Source of the DNA: the human T2T-CHM13v2.0 reference genome, Homo sapiens
DNA length: 64,000 nt
Assembly: GCF_009914755.1 (NCBI RefSeq)
Contig: NC_060931.1
Direction: 5' to 3' (one strand)
Made by a program: the position numbers and the translations under genes. A model generated the notes under the pieces. The model ran no database searches, had not been told where the DNA came from, and was given only the letters and a program-made list of their open reading frames with translations. Positions 13,961 to 33,497 of this stretch are shown here, piece after piece (within the stretch, counting starts at the first letter, position 1; each line of letters starts with the position of its first letter).

Positions 13961-14497
13961 AAATCCTGGCCTCTGTACTTCATGATGCATTTTGCCAAGT
14001 TCCTTCAGGGCCAGATATGGCTTATTTATCGGACTGCAGGGATTTATGAACATTTTCAGACTTTGGTCAGACACCTGCCCCCAAGATGGGGAGAAAAGAA
14101 GCAAAACAGAAGCTGGAAAAGAGGCAGCAGTTCTTACACCCCGAAAGGTGCATGTGAACCCATCAAGGGGCAACCCAGGCCCTGGCCAGAGTGTATCTTA
14201 TCTTTCAGCAGAAGGACCAGGTGGGAAGTGAATATCTGTGGAAATAAGAAAGGCCACCAGGCAGATGATAAGTCCAACGAAGAACGGTTTCTTGAAGACC
14301 TGCTATGTGGGTTTGTCAATCAATGCATCCGAGCTTTTCCTCATCCTCAAGCTGGTTCCGCCTAGAAAATAAGGCTGGCTGATGTCTGCAAGATTTTGTT
14401 TCTTTCTGAACATTTTTCAAATTTGTATTTTTTCCCCTTTAACAATCCAGGTATTAGTAGTATTAAGACATCCTACATGCTGTGTGGCACACCATCA

Positions 14498-14800
14498 GGC
14501 CAGGCGCGGTGGCTCATGCCTGTAATCCCAGCACTTTGGGAGGCTGAGGCGGGTGGATCACTAGATCAGGAATTCGAAACCAGTCTGGCCAAAATAGTGA
14601 AGCCCTATCTATACTAAAAATAGAAAAAAATTAGCCTGGTGTGGTGGTGTGCACCTGTAATCCCTGCTACTCAGGAGGCTGAGGCAGGAGAATGGCGTGA
14701 ACCCAGGAGGCAGAGGTTGCAGTAAGTCAAGATCACGCCATTCCACTCCAGCCCGGGGACTGTGTGAGACTCCATCTCAAAAAACAAACAAACAAAAAAA
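14498..14800 (+). mobile_element. AluS (Sg-like)
   Basis: Full dimer with the short GGATCAC-AG-TCAGG form and an AAAC-type tail. Confidence 0.93.
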
Positions 14801-15239
14801 CGTCATAGTATGTGTTTTATAAATATGTGTTGACCAAATTGGCCCCATTATTTAGACATGGAAACTAAATCGTGGAAAACTTCCACCACAGGGCACTTTG
14901 ATGTAAATATTCGGTGCTTTGGGTCTTCAGCCGGTTAATGTTAGTAGCAGAACGTCCTATGTCTTCATTTGCTTTGGCAGTAATAGGGATGAAATGTCCT
15001 TTCCCTTCTTCCTTTATGTCCCAAGCCCTATCTAAGCATTAAATGAGGTTAATATATATTAATCTAATATACGGTAGGCACATTGATGTGTATTTAATGT
15101 GAGTCATGAATAAAAAATATTTTGTCCCCTTCAGAGATAGATTAATTTTAATTGATTCCTCCAGTGGGGAAGCAGCCTCTTCCTTCACCAGAGAAGTGAT
15201 AGAAAGGAATTCTGAGATCCCTGATGGAGTGTAGGTGGG

Positions 15240-15786
15240 TGTATCCATCAGGGGTCTCCAGGGACAGAGAAGCAAGAGGATGCACATAGATATATATGAG
15301 ACATTTATTCCGGAAATTTGCTCACATCACTGTGAAGGTCGCGAAGCCCCAGGATGTACTGTCTGTAAACTGGAGATCTGAGGAGCTGGCGGTGTAATTC
15401 AGGTGACTCTGAAGGCCTAAGAAACCGGGGAACTGATAGTGTAATCCTCAGCTGAAGTGGGGAAAGTCACTGGTGTCTGTCCTGGAGTTCAAAGGCCTGA
15501 AAACCATGAGCTGTGATGTCTGGGGACAAGGAAAGATGAATGTCCCAGCTCAAGGAGAATGAGAGAGCTTTCTCCCTTATTCCACCTTTTTGTTCTGTTT
15601 GGGCCCTCAATGGATCGGATGGTGCCCACCTACATTGGTGAGGGCAGATCTTCTTCATTCAGTCCATTGATTCAAATGCCAACCTCTTCTGGAAACACCC
15701 TCACAGACACCCAGGAATAACATTTTACCAGCTATCTGGGCATCCCTTAGCCCACTCAAGTTGACACATAAAGTTAATCATGGCAG
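15240..15786 (-). mobile_element. MLT2B-like ERVL solo LTR
   Basis: Ends CAGCTATCTGGGCATCCCTTAGCCCACTCAAGTTGACACATAAAGTTAATCA, the reverse complement of the MLT2B start. Confidence 0.85.
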
Positions 15787-17015
15787 TGGGATGTTTTGGC
15801 ATGACAGTAGGCTGGGGTGCTCCTTATAGCACTTCTTTAAGATCCACCATAGATGGTATTTGAAATGGAAGCACTTTATCAGATGTGCCCTGGGTTATCC
15901 CAGAGAAGTGTGAAGGTGCTGGGAGAAACACACCATCTCTTGTCACTAGCCTTGGCCATGGCCCCTCATCCTAAGCAAGAAAAAGCAATGCTTGTTCAGA
16001 GAGATTTAGCACAGACTCTGAGGGAATCAGAGGTCATGCTGGCTAAGAAGGGTGTTATGTCTTTAGAAAAAGGGAGTGCATTTCCTTGCCCTTATGAATC
16101 TACAAAGAGAGAAGGTTTAAAATTTTCTTTGCCCAAATGAGCCTTTTGGACGTGTATAGCATGTGGCAGTCCTCTCCAGCATGACTCTATCCATAGCTGC
16201 TGACAACACTCCTAGTTTTTCATGACTCTTAACCTAAAGGAGGAGTGGCAGGTGTTTCACCCACAATGGTTCAAGGTCTTGATAATGGCTCAAGTATCAT
16301 GGGTTGAGAGTTGACCAAAAAGACCCTTTCCTGGGAGACTGTCTTCTCTCCCCCAAGCTGTCCTCATATCCAGGAACTTAGCTGAAGATGCTGTAGAGCT
16401 AGGGTGGTGGGTAAGCCCTCGGGCTTTTTGCTGCCGTGAGTTACTCTTAAAGATTCTTTATTTTTCTTGTTCTCTTAATGTCCTAAGCCAACCTACACAC
16501 TCTGATGTGGCATGGTAAAGTTGTGACTTCTATGCCTCCATGCAAAATCTTCACCTCCAGGGCTGAGGCTTGGGCATGTGCCTTCTGAGAGTTCCATTAT
16601 GTTCAAGATCACCATCAAATATATCTTGGAGATCAACTGAACCAGGCCTCCTTGACTTTCTCCAGAGATCAGAGCACTGATTCTCTAGGGGAGAAGGCAC
16701 TTCCAGATATTCTACAAAGGCTTTAAAAAAATGGAATCTAGATGAGCTCTACTACATGTCCTCCTCCAACTAAACTTTACCATGTTAATCAACTTTCAGA
16801 TAAAATGATACACAAAATAAATACATAGACAAAATTAAGTTTGAATATATTTTCAAGATCAAAATAAGTGGCCCAAATTAATCATTATTCTCATATTTCA
16901 CAGTAGAATATAATATGAGTATCAAAAACAGAGTTGTTTAGTCCAGAACATGTACCAGAATCCAAAGGCAATTTTTAAAATTTTATGTCCATGGTCCTTT
17001 CCACTTTATTATGAT

Positions 17016-17614
17016 TGTCCCTGAAATTAGACTCATTCTTAGAAACATTACTGTTTATGGTGACCAAGATGAATGTCAACCTGCCCCTCAGCTTGTCCAA
17101 GCTTGAAACATTCTTCTTCCTGACTCTTGGTCCTGACCTCCCTTTTTACAGCATTTTCTTTAGAAAACTAGTAATTATAAATTATTTCTCTGTCCTTTTG
17201 AGATGTAAACCATTTTAAAGGCCTCTTGCTAGTTTTATAACCCAGGAGCTTTGTTCTCAAGGGCTTGGGAGCCATTTCTTTGACTGTAATCCTTAAAGAA
17301 GTCAGAACCTCTATCTCCCAGTCCCTGTAGGAGGGGAGAAGCCTAACTTTGGTGGGCACCTTGCTCCCAATTGTGAAATTACTTCCTGCTATGAAGATAC
17401 AAAAAAGTTTACTTTTCCTCTGGATAAAGCCAATTAACAAGCACAGATGGCCTCTCATCTTCTCCCCCATCCCAGCTCTTAAAAACTCTCCTGCCCTTTG
17501 CTTCAGCAGAGTTGAGTTCAAACGCAGTTCTGGTCTTTCTCACCAATTGCAATAGCCTTGACTAAAGCCTTCCTTGTCTGTTTAGGTTTGTCTAGTGCAA
17601 TTTTTGCTTTGACA
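17016..17614 (+). mobile_element. ERV1 (MER4-group) solo LTR, subfamily not resolved
   Basis: TG...CA ends, about 600 bp; MER4-group motifs (TTTGAGATGTAAA, TCTCAAGGGCTTGGGAGCC, GCAATAGCCTTGACTAAAG). Confidence 0.65.
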
Positions 17615-18419
17615 GTGGTGAAGTGAAAAGAAAAATCTAAATGGTAGTTAGTATCTAAAGATAAAAAAAAAGGATGTCAGAAAGGAGATGAAGCAACAAG
17701 GAAACTGGAGGCCTAGATAACAATGCCCATAGTTCTTCCCAGTATTCACACTCGACTGGAATATTGCAAGGCTTGTCTTTAAGGTTTTGCAAGATCCTGG
17801 TACTCTATATTTTCCAAGACAAATATTCAAGGTGGCCTTGGGATTTGGGGGCTTTTGAGCACAATGCCTAATACTTTTTTCAGGGTGGCTTCTTATAAAC
17901 TGCAATGTTGTATCAGTTTCTGAGTCATTTTAAATATTTTAACAAATGTCACAATTTATTGTATCTGTGTCTTGCAGCTGCCTAAACCAAGATACACATT
18001 CTAAGGCTAAGAAACTACATCACAAATAAAATTCTAAGTAAGAGTGAAAGCAAGATAGCTGGAAATGTAGGGAATCCTGCTAGAGCTGGAGAGAGGAGAG
18101 TCTGAGATAACCATGTGTATTTACCATGACCAGGTTTATGCTGGGCTTGGAAATGTTAAGATATTCATGTTATCAGTAGCCCACAAGACTGGATGGACAT
18201 TCCTTGGGGCCCATCTGCAGTGAGTTAGGCCTCTCTAAGTCTTGTCAGGGGCCCACAAGAGGCTTCCACTTACTGAATTAGAAAGGGCTATGGCTTTAAC
18301 CATAAAGGGCTTTCCTTTTTGCCAGCTTGTCTGGGCCACAGGTTCTAGACCGTGGCTTCAAGCTCAACTGGTCCATTGACCTATTATTTATTCCACACAC
18401 ACTCTAGCTTACTTCCCCG

Positions 18420-19490
18420 ATTTTTATTTACCATTGCTTGTCTCCCATTCTAGCAAGTCACTCAAGCACCAAACTTGGGTGTCATCCAACACCTCTAGCC
18501 AGTCAGTGAAAAAGTCCTATATTTGCAACAATGTGGATGGAACTGGAGGACATTATGTTAAGTGAAATAAGCTAGGCATAGAAGGACACATTTCTCATGT
18601 TCTCGCTCGTAGGTGGAAGCTAAAAATTAAACAACTTCAACTCAAGGAGATGGTAGAATGACGGTTACCAGGTTCTGGCAAGGGTGGTGGAGAACAAGGA
18701 TTACAGAGGGGATGGTCAATGAGTACAAAAATACAGTTAAATAGAACAAATAAGATTTAGTGTTTAGTAGCACAAAAGGGTGGCTATAGTTAGCAATAAT
18801 TTATTATGGATTTAAAACTAACTGGAAGAGTAGAATTGGAATGTTCCTCAAGCAAAGAAATGATAAACACTTGTGGTGACGAATACCCCCATTACCCTGA
18901 TTTGATCCTTACTCACTGTATGCCTGTATCAAAACACCATATGTACCCATATGTACACCATATGTACTTAGTGACTTAAATATTTACAACTATTATGTGC
19001 TTCTAGTAATTTCTTTTTAAAAGTTGTGTAGATTTCAGCTATGATTTTTTTCTAAACTATCACTTCTTCTCTATCATTACTACTAAATGGTCTACTTCAG
19101 ATCCTTGTCATCTCTGGCCAAGACTACTGTAATTGCCTCCCATTAGGTCACTTATCTTTTATTTCACAGCATGTTTTCCCCACCCAGCCAGAAGAATAAT
19201 TTTTCAAATGCAAGGCCAACCATATCACTCCCCAACTATACCATCCAGTGAATTCCCATTGAGCACACGGTAACATCCAAGCATCTTAACCAGGCACAAG
19301 TGACTCTTTATAACTTGTCCCCTCTCTCATCCCTCTAGTGCTATCCATATCTCAGTCCTAACAATATTGGTCAATATGAGATAAATCCTAACAATATAGA
19401 CCATGTGTCTGTTCCTGGACACATCATGCTGTTTCAGGTTACCAGGCCTTCACTCATGCCTTGTCATCATTCCCAGCCTCACAAACTACT
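18420..19490 (+). mobile_element. L2 fragment interrupted by an L1MA 3' end
   Basis: L2 motifs AAACTTGGGTGTCATCC, GACTACTGTAATTGCCTCC and AAATGCAAGGCCAACCATATCACTCCCC. Confidence 0.65.
18515..19020 (+). mobile_element. LINE-1 3' end (L1MA3/4-like)
   Basis: GGATGGAACTGGAGGACATTATGTTAAGTGAAATAAG...CCCCATTACCCTGATTTGATC. Confidence 0.88.
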
Positions 19491-20055
19491 ACTTTACAAT
19501 TGTGAATTGCTTATAGTTCCTGGTAATTTTAAGTCTCTGTTTGGGCAGTGACTCCTGGACTGGTGACAAGTGATCATCTTGGATGGACAATTTCCTCTTC
19601 TCCATCCCCAGAGCCGGGCTTGCCCAGGGTTCGGACCACTCTTCAGCAATACAGCAAGGAGTAAGCTTCTGTCTGGTATCATCCCACCTCTCTGTTCCCT
19701 TTCCTACCTCCCATGCAACCTGTTATCTGTGGTGCTGAGGTCTTCGTGGTACAAATCTAAGCTGGCCTCTCCTGGACAAGGACCCTTGTTTTTTTCACCT
19801 ATAACTTCCTCCTCTTACTTTTCCCTTAGTAAAACTCCTATGCTTTTTTTCTGGACAGTAGCAGGAAAGAAAACCACTGACTCTATTCTTTGTGCTTTGA
19901 TACTAACAATGAATACACTCCATGTGTTAAACACCTCAGAGGATTATATATATATTTTAAGGAGAGAATAATTATTTAAAAATTGCTCAAAAGAGAGAGT
20001 TTGAGGGAAGACGAGACTATTATCCAGGAACCCAGAAAAGTACTTTTAAGTAATA

Positions 20056-20567
20056 TGCTAGTTAAACATAGGTGCATAAAAAATTACTCCAGTACGTAGT
20101 GACTTAAAACAACCTTTATTATCCTATTGTTTTTATGGGTCAGGAATTAGGGAGAAAATTGTTGGAGTGGTTTTGACTCAGGGTCTCTCATGACATCGTA
20201 ATCAGGATGCTGGCTGCAGTCATCTAAAGGCCCACCTGGGCTGGAAGAGCTCCCTCTGAGTTGGCTCACTCACGTGGTTGTGGGTGGAGTCCTGTTTCTT
20301 GCAGCCTTCCCTTCCTTGTCACCTGGATCTCTACCTTGAGCTGTCTCAGTGTTTTCATCACATGACTGTAGCTACCCCCAGAATGAGTGGCCCAAAGAGC
20401 AAGAAGAATCTGCAATGCCTTTTCTGACAATGTCACACATTGTCACTTCTGCCACGTTCCGTCACCAGAAGAGAGTCACCAAGTCCAGGCTTCATTCAAG
20501 TGGAAGAGAGTAAGTCTCCAGCTTTGGAGAAGGGGATTGTCAAGGAATTTCTGGACGTATTTTAAAA
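20056..20567 (-). mobile_element. MLT1F/G-like MaLR LTR
   Basis: GACTTAAAACAAC...GGGTCAGGAATT...CTCAGGGTCTCTCATGA...GTCACTTCTGCCAC. Confidence 0.75.
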
Positions 20568-20676
20568 TGATGAAATTATCTGTACAACAAACCCCCATGA
20601 CATGAGTTTGCCTACATAACAAACCTACACATGTACCCCTGAACCTAAAATAAAAGTTTAAAAAATGAAAAGAAAA
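20568..20676 (+). mobile_element. Short L1PA (15/16-like) 3' end
   Basis: CTGTACAACAAACCCCCATGACATGAGTTT...CACATGTACCCCTGAACCTAAAATAAAAGTT plus an A tail. Confidence 0.88.
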
Positions 20677-21020
20677 ATGATCTTATTCTTCCTTTGCATA
20701 AGACAAGAGTGGCAGTCTATGGGCAAAGGATGCTTCAGGACTTCTTTCTATCAAGCCCCTTCCTCCTGTTCATAGTTTGACACAGAAATTCAAGCTCCCA
20801 GAAGCATGATCCCCAAGAGAATCCATGATCGTTTACTTTTGTGTACTTTTAATCGCCCTTTGTAAGGAACAAACTATTTCTCCTACACAATGCTCACTTA
20901 TGCATGAATATGTAAATTGTCAGCAGTGGTTTCTGATTGCACTTGTTATCTAACCAGGAGTACAGGACTGAAATTTTGCTCCAAATAGTGTAATTCTACT
21001 TGCATTTAATCATTGACAGT

Positions 21021-21456
21021 TGTGATGGTTAATACTGAGTGTCAACTTGATTGGAAGGAAAGATGCAAAGTATTGCTTCCGGGTGTGTCTGTGAGGGTGT
21101 TGCCAAAGGAGATTAACATTTGAGTCAGTGGGCTGGGAAAGGCAGACCCACCCTTAATCTGGTGACCACAATCTAATCAGCTGCCAGTGCAGCTAGAATA
21201 TAAAACAGGCAGAAAAACGTGAAAAGATTAAATTGGCTTAGCTTCCCAGCCTACATCTTTCTCCTGTGCTGGATGCATCCTGCCCTCGAACATCAGACTT
21301 CAAGTTCTTCAGTTTTGGGACTTGGACTGGCTCTCCTTTCTCCTCAGCTTGCAGACAGCCTATTGTGGGACCTTATGATCATGTGAGTTAATACTTAATA
21401 AACTCCCCTTTATATATATCTATCCTATTAGTTCTGTCCCTCTAGAGACTAATATA
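21021..21456 (+). mobile_element. MLT2A (HERV-L) solo LTR
   Basis: TGTGATGGTTAATACTGAGTGTCAACTTGATTGG start, AATAAACTCCC signal, GACTAATATA end; 5-bp TSD ACAGT/ACAGC. Confidence 0.92.
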
Positions 21457-21514
21457 ACAGCTTTTACTCTATGAAAATGTTTAGTGCTTATTAGTAGAGA
21501 ACAAGGTTCATAAA

Positions 21515-21684
21515 TGCTAGTGTGCAAAAGAATTTTATGGAGCACTTGTTAGAATGGAGATGTCTGGGACCTAACCCTAGTTATTTTCACTTAATTGAAG
21601 TAGAGTAGGCCCATTAATCTGAATATTAATAAGCAGCAGGTAATTCTAATACTGGTGATCACAGACTGCACTTAGAGAAACACT
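21515..21684. mobile_element. MER5-like hAT MITE
   Basis: Degenerate MER5 motifs ending ACTTAGAGAAACACT. Confidence 0.55.
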
Positions 21685-21687
21685 AAT

Positions 21688-22135
21688 TGTAGTGAGTGCT
21701 ACTGGTGCCCCACCCTGATCCCTTTAGCAAGGCGGTGCACCCATACAAAGTTGCTGGCAATATCAACCATCACAGTCTCCTAGGTTTCCCTTTATGCAGA
21801 TAATTCTCCTGGATAAACAAGGTTTACCTGGCCCAGGAGGCTGCATCCCCCATACCTAGCAGCATGGGGTCAATGACTACGACTTAATCAGAGATGCCAA
21901 AGACTGGACTTCTAGACTGTGCAGGAAATTAACTCTTTTCCAACTCATATGTCAGGGCTCTGTGGTTGACCAAGCTGAAGCGAGTTTCCAGCTAAGACCA
22001 CATGTGACTGCTTAGCTACTTTACCCAGCCCTATTACACTTTTCTTACTCCCCTTTTCCCGAGGGTTTCCTCAGTGAATCACATGGAGAAAAATCCTTGT
22101 CTCCAGCCCTGCTTCTAGGAAACTCTATAGATTAA
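21688..22135 (+). mobile_element. LTR16-like ERVL solo LTR
   Basis: TGTAGTGAGTGCTACTGGTGCCCCACCCTGATCCCTTT start; AATCCTTGTCTCCAGCCCTGCTTCTAGG end. Confidence 0.7.
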
Positions 22136-23359
22136 CCACACTGGGCTTCTACCCTGAGATTCAATAGGTTACTACTGGAACAAAACAAGAAGGCAATGAT
22201 TATATGTATTGTAGGAGGCGCAGTCGGGTTTGTAAGAACAAATTCAGTATTTCCACATTAGAGTCCACAACATAAAGATGTAGAACTCCCTGTGAAAACA
22301 CCTCAAAATTTACAAACAGTCAGAATTATCAGATGTTGGATCTCCGTAATTTTCAGGGTAATTGAAAGTGGCAGCAAAAATGTTTTTATTTAATGTAATG
22401 ATGCCATTGCCTTTTCTGGATAGTATCCTATGATCTGCCCTTCCTCTGAATAAGGCATTTTGTAAAAACTGATGAAAATCCAAGAGATTAGCCTGTAGGT
22501 CTCCATTTATAATTATAGTGACTCTTGCCTTAAAGTCTTTTGTTATTTTCCCCCTTATTTCTTTAGGATACATTAGTCATTGCCTTAGTCTAGCTTATGG
22601 TTAAACAGATTTCTATTTTTGTTCCTTGATACAGTTAACCTAACTTGAATTTTCAGAATTGATCAAAATACTACATCACCCCTGATGCTAACTCTCTAAT
22701 GGGATTTGAATAATGTACTGCTATATACCATCTGGAAATTGATTGAATCTCAAATACTAGGACGTTGAATTCAAGAATGTACTTTTATCCTTTTGTCTCT
22801 TCTGAGATGCTAGGTAATATTCTATAAAATAAATGTCATTCCTATTTTTTAAAAAAAACCAGAAGCAAGAAGAAAAATAGTTCATTTTATGAGTTGTATA
22901 AATAAATCTTTTTTAAATATAGAATTTTCAAACTCAAACTAAAAGACAAGTATTAAACTATATCTAAAATTATCTGATTTAATCCTCACTGATTGGGGCC
23001 TTTAAGAACAATTTGCCATAATATGAAACGAGGCAGTATACATTTGCTGATTCTAAAAGCAATGAACACTTATGATGGATAATTCTTTACATACGTAAAG
23101 TACATAAGAGAAAATTAAAAAGTAAATATAGCCTACAATTATTTCTTCTGAAAGCAACCACTCTTAATATGTGGTTTATTTTCTTATGATCATTTTTTCT
23201 ATGAAGCATTTTAAAACATAATTATAATTTAAAAGTGCCTAGAGTTCTACATTAATTCTTTATATATTATCATATAATCATTTTTAAAGGTGTTGTTTCC
23301 TTTCCTCCAACATTTATATCTTTAAGAATTTTTTTCTAATTCAAAAATCATATATTGGG

Positions 23360-26962
<3,603 letters not shown>

Positions 26963-27329
26963 AAAAGAGGAAAGCAAAAAATATATTTTTTCACATATAT
27001 TGATGGTTTGTTCTTTTTTTATTGTTGAGTAGTATTCTGCTGTACAGATGTATGGATGTTTGTAATTACAGTGATAGAGAACAGATCAATGGACACAAGA
27101 GGTTAGAGGTGGGAGAAAGACGTGATTATAATGAGGTAGCCTGGAGGTTTTTTTTGTGGTAATGGTTTTTGTAGTTCTCGTTAGTTGTGATAGTTACATC
27201 AATATGCATTATACACGTGATAAAATATCACAGAACTAATTAACAACAAATGAATACACATGAAAACTAGTTATTTAGCTAATACTCAGTACCTACTAGT
27301 TCCAATTTCCTGATTTTGACAATTCTGAC

Positions 27330-30620
<3,291 letters not shown>

Positions 30621-31015
30621 TGTCACATGGTAACTATATTTGTGAAACAGACTGTAAGAGGGCGATGTTTATACAGGTAATCTTGGGGGTTATACCCTTG
30701 AGATAAACACCCATGAGGGAGTGACGGAGGTAGGGCTGGTACAGGAAGAAGTTGAACTATATTCCTGTTACAAAACAGCCTCAGCAGATTCTCTGGAGAG
30801 CTCTGGAGCAGAGATTGCTCTCTGGAATTGTCCAGAAGTAAGGATAGATATCCAATGACAGGTGTCATTGGATGTGGACTGTCCCCAGATCTGTCCCCTT
30901 AGAGAGAGATTCAACTAAGAGCTATCAGCAACCACATTTCCAGATCTGGATAAATTACTTCTTCTGTCCTAAAGGGGATGGGTGGAACCTGGGCCTTGTG
31001 CTACAGAATACAACA
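30621..31015 (-). mobile_element. LTR16-like 5' LTR of the ERVL provirus
   Basis: TG...CA termini, about 395 bp, adjacent to the PBS on the minus strand. Confidence 0.72.
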
Positions 31016-31164
31016 TGGAATTTCAGGGAAAGGTCATCAAAAAGGTTCAATGAGTTCTAACCAGGTAGTCTTTATTCTAAGGGCTGATTAATTCCCAATT
31101 TGGGGAGCACTCCAGCCTCCAGCTTAATCATTGTGATTCAGACATAGTAGATCAGACTGCAGAA

Positions 31165-32630
31165 TAAAAATGTTAAAGGAAATTATTTAGATGGAAGGAA
31201 ACTGATCCTAGACGGGAAGGTGGGTTGATAAAGAAATGAAGAGCACCAGATACAGCCATATGCTAGTAAGTGTAAAAAATGTAAAAGCCCTTTTCTTATC
31301 GTAAAAAGTTTTTAAATGATAACTGTGTTTAAAGGACAATGATAATAATGTTCTGTGTGATTTATCCTGAAGTAAAATGCATACAAAGACAGCACAAAAG
31401 ATAAGTGGTAAAAATTTAAAGCATACTGTTATATGGTATTTACATTAAATGTCAAATGGTATATTAGTATCTGAAGGTAGACTTTGGTAAGTAAAAGGTG
31501 CATATTATAAACTGTAGAACAATTGCTAAAAAAGAGGTATAGTTAATAGGCCTACAGTGGTAATAAAATAGACTTATAAAATATACTTAATCCAAAATTA
31601 GACAAGAAAAAGAGAAATATATGGACAGTGAGCAAATAGAAGGTGGTAGATTTAAATCCAACATTATTTGCATTGCAGTTAGATGGCCTAAACACTCTAT
31701 TTAAAAGGCAGAGGCAGAGAACTTAGATTCATAAAGAAGTAAAACCAAGTATGTATCATCTACAAGGCACAGTATATAAGTATATAGAGATAAGACAGAA
31801 GCGAAAATGAGAAAAGATGGGCAAAATACTATGCAAAGAGTAATTATAAGAAGGCTGAAGTGTTACTAATTATATCACACAAAGTAAACCTCAGAACAAA
31901 GGACATTATTGTGGGTAAAGAAGAACACAGCCTAATGATATAGGGGTAAACCCATTAAGAGGATATAGCCATCCTAAAGGTATATGCATATAACAGAGCT
32001 TCAAAGTACACAAAGCAAAGGCTGAATGCCCTGAAAACAGAAATAACATATCTACAGTTGTACTTGGGAATGCTAACACTTGTTTCTTAGCCATTGGTAG
32101 AACAAGTAGAGAGGAAATCAGTAAGAATATAGAACACATGAGCTGCACTACCTTCCAATCTGATTTAGTTGATATTTATGGTACACTCTACCTAACAATG
32201 ACAAAATACATGTAATTCCAAAGGTACATGAAGTATTCAAAATAGACCCTATTCCAGGACATAAAATGTACTTCAATAATGTGTAAATGAATCAAATCAT
32301 ATAAAAACATATTATCTGAATCAAATGGAGTTAAAATAGAATAACAAGAGTATATTTGGCAAATCCATCTATTATCTGGAAATTAAACAAGATACTTCTA
32401 AATAGCCTCTAGGAGAAAAAAATGCACAAGATAACGCAGAGAATAGTTTGCATTAAATGAAAAATACAACATACAGAAATTACAGGGATGCAGGTAACAC
32501 AATGTGTAGAAGGAAATGTGTAACTTATAAATAGAAAAATCTAAAAATAAATGATTGAATATTTCAACTGTGGAAGGCAAAAAATAAAGACAATAAACTT
32601 AAGCAAAAGTAAGTAGAATTAAGAAGATAA
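31165..32630 (+). mobile_element. Ancient LINE-1 ORF1-end and ORF2 endonuclease region
   Basis: AGATGGCCTAAACACTCTATTTAAAAGGCAGAG; GATTTAGTTGATATTTATGGTACACTCTACC; GGAAATTAAACAAGATACTTCTAAATA. Confidence 0.75.
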
Positions 32631-33497
32631 TGAATGATGCCTGGACAGTTGAAGACGATGGCCACACTCCAGGACCCCTTCCCCCAGTTTTTCTCTGGAA
32701 AATGTGGAGAACAACAAGAAAGGAAAAGTAAACAAAACCACACCCTCAGAATAATTTGAAGACAGAAAATAACCAAAATTCAATATAAGGATAAATAAGG
32801 GTGGGACACCAAATTTCCGTATTCAACCTCTCATGTCCTCCTCTGATCTGCCCCCTGACCCTGCCTCAAGGCTTTTTCTAGAAACAAAAAATACCAATAA
32901 AAAAAGGCAGGGAAGAGGAAAGAAAGGGGATATTCCTGGATCTAAGATTGATCTAAAATCATTACCAGAAACACTTAAACTATTCTTAATCTAAGAATAC
33001 TAAAAAGTGTTTGAATTACCCACAAGGTATTTAAATGTATGTGTGAATTGAAGGGGCAGTCCTCAAAATGCATAGCTTCGGGGAGAGACATGACATTTGG
33101 TAATTTGGTGGAGAAAGGGAAGAGAGGAAAGCAGAAAATTTGAAGGTCCTATTAAGACAAAAGAAAAGCACAAAATCAAAGGAAACACAATCTTTTTCAC
33201 CCCCTACATACTCATGCTAAAATAAAATTTACTAAAGGATCTGAACTTTGCTCTATTAAAGAAATGGGCAATGTTTAGCCCCTCCAATCCTTTAACTATG
33301 AAAAATCAAAGTTTAACAGAATAATTCTAAGAAAACGCTAAGATTAAATTCAGCATTTATCATTTGAGGAAAATCCCCACACTCTTGATAAATAGTCATG
33401 AAACAAAATAAAACTATAAATTAGCTCTCCAAGTGAAATTAAATGTATTTAGGCAAGTATTTAGGATATGAAAAAGAGCTTTTAATAAGAAATTCAA

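Noticed and set aside
13916-14365. 149-aa ORF next to the CpG patch
   Set aside because: GTG start, no recognisable protein similarity, and overlapping ORFs in several frames as expected for GC-richer non-coding DNA.
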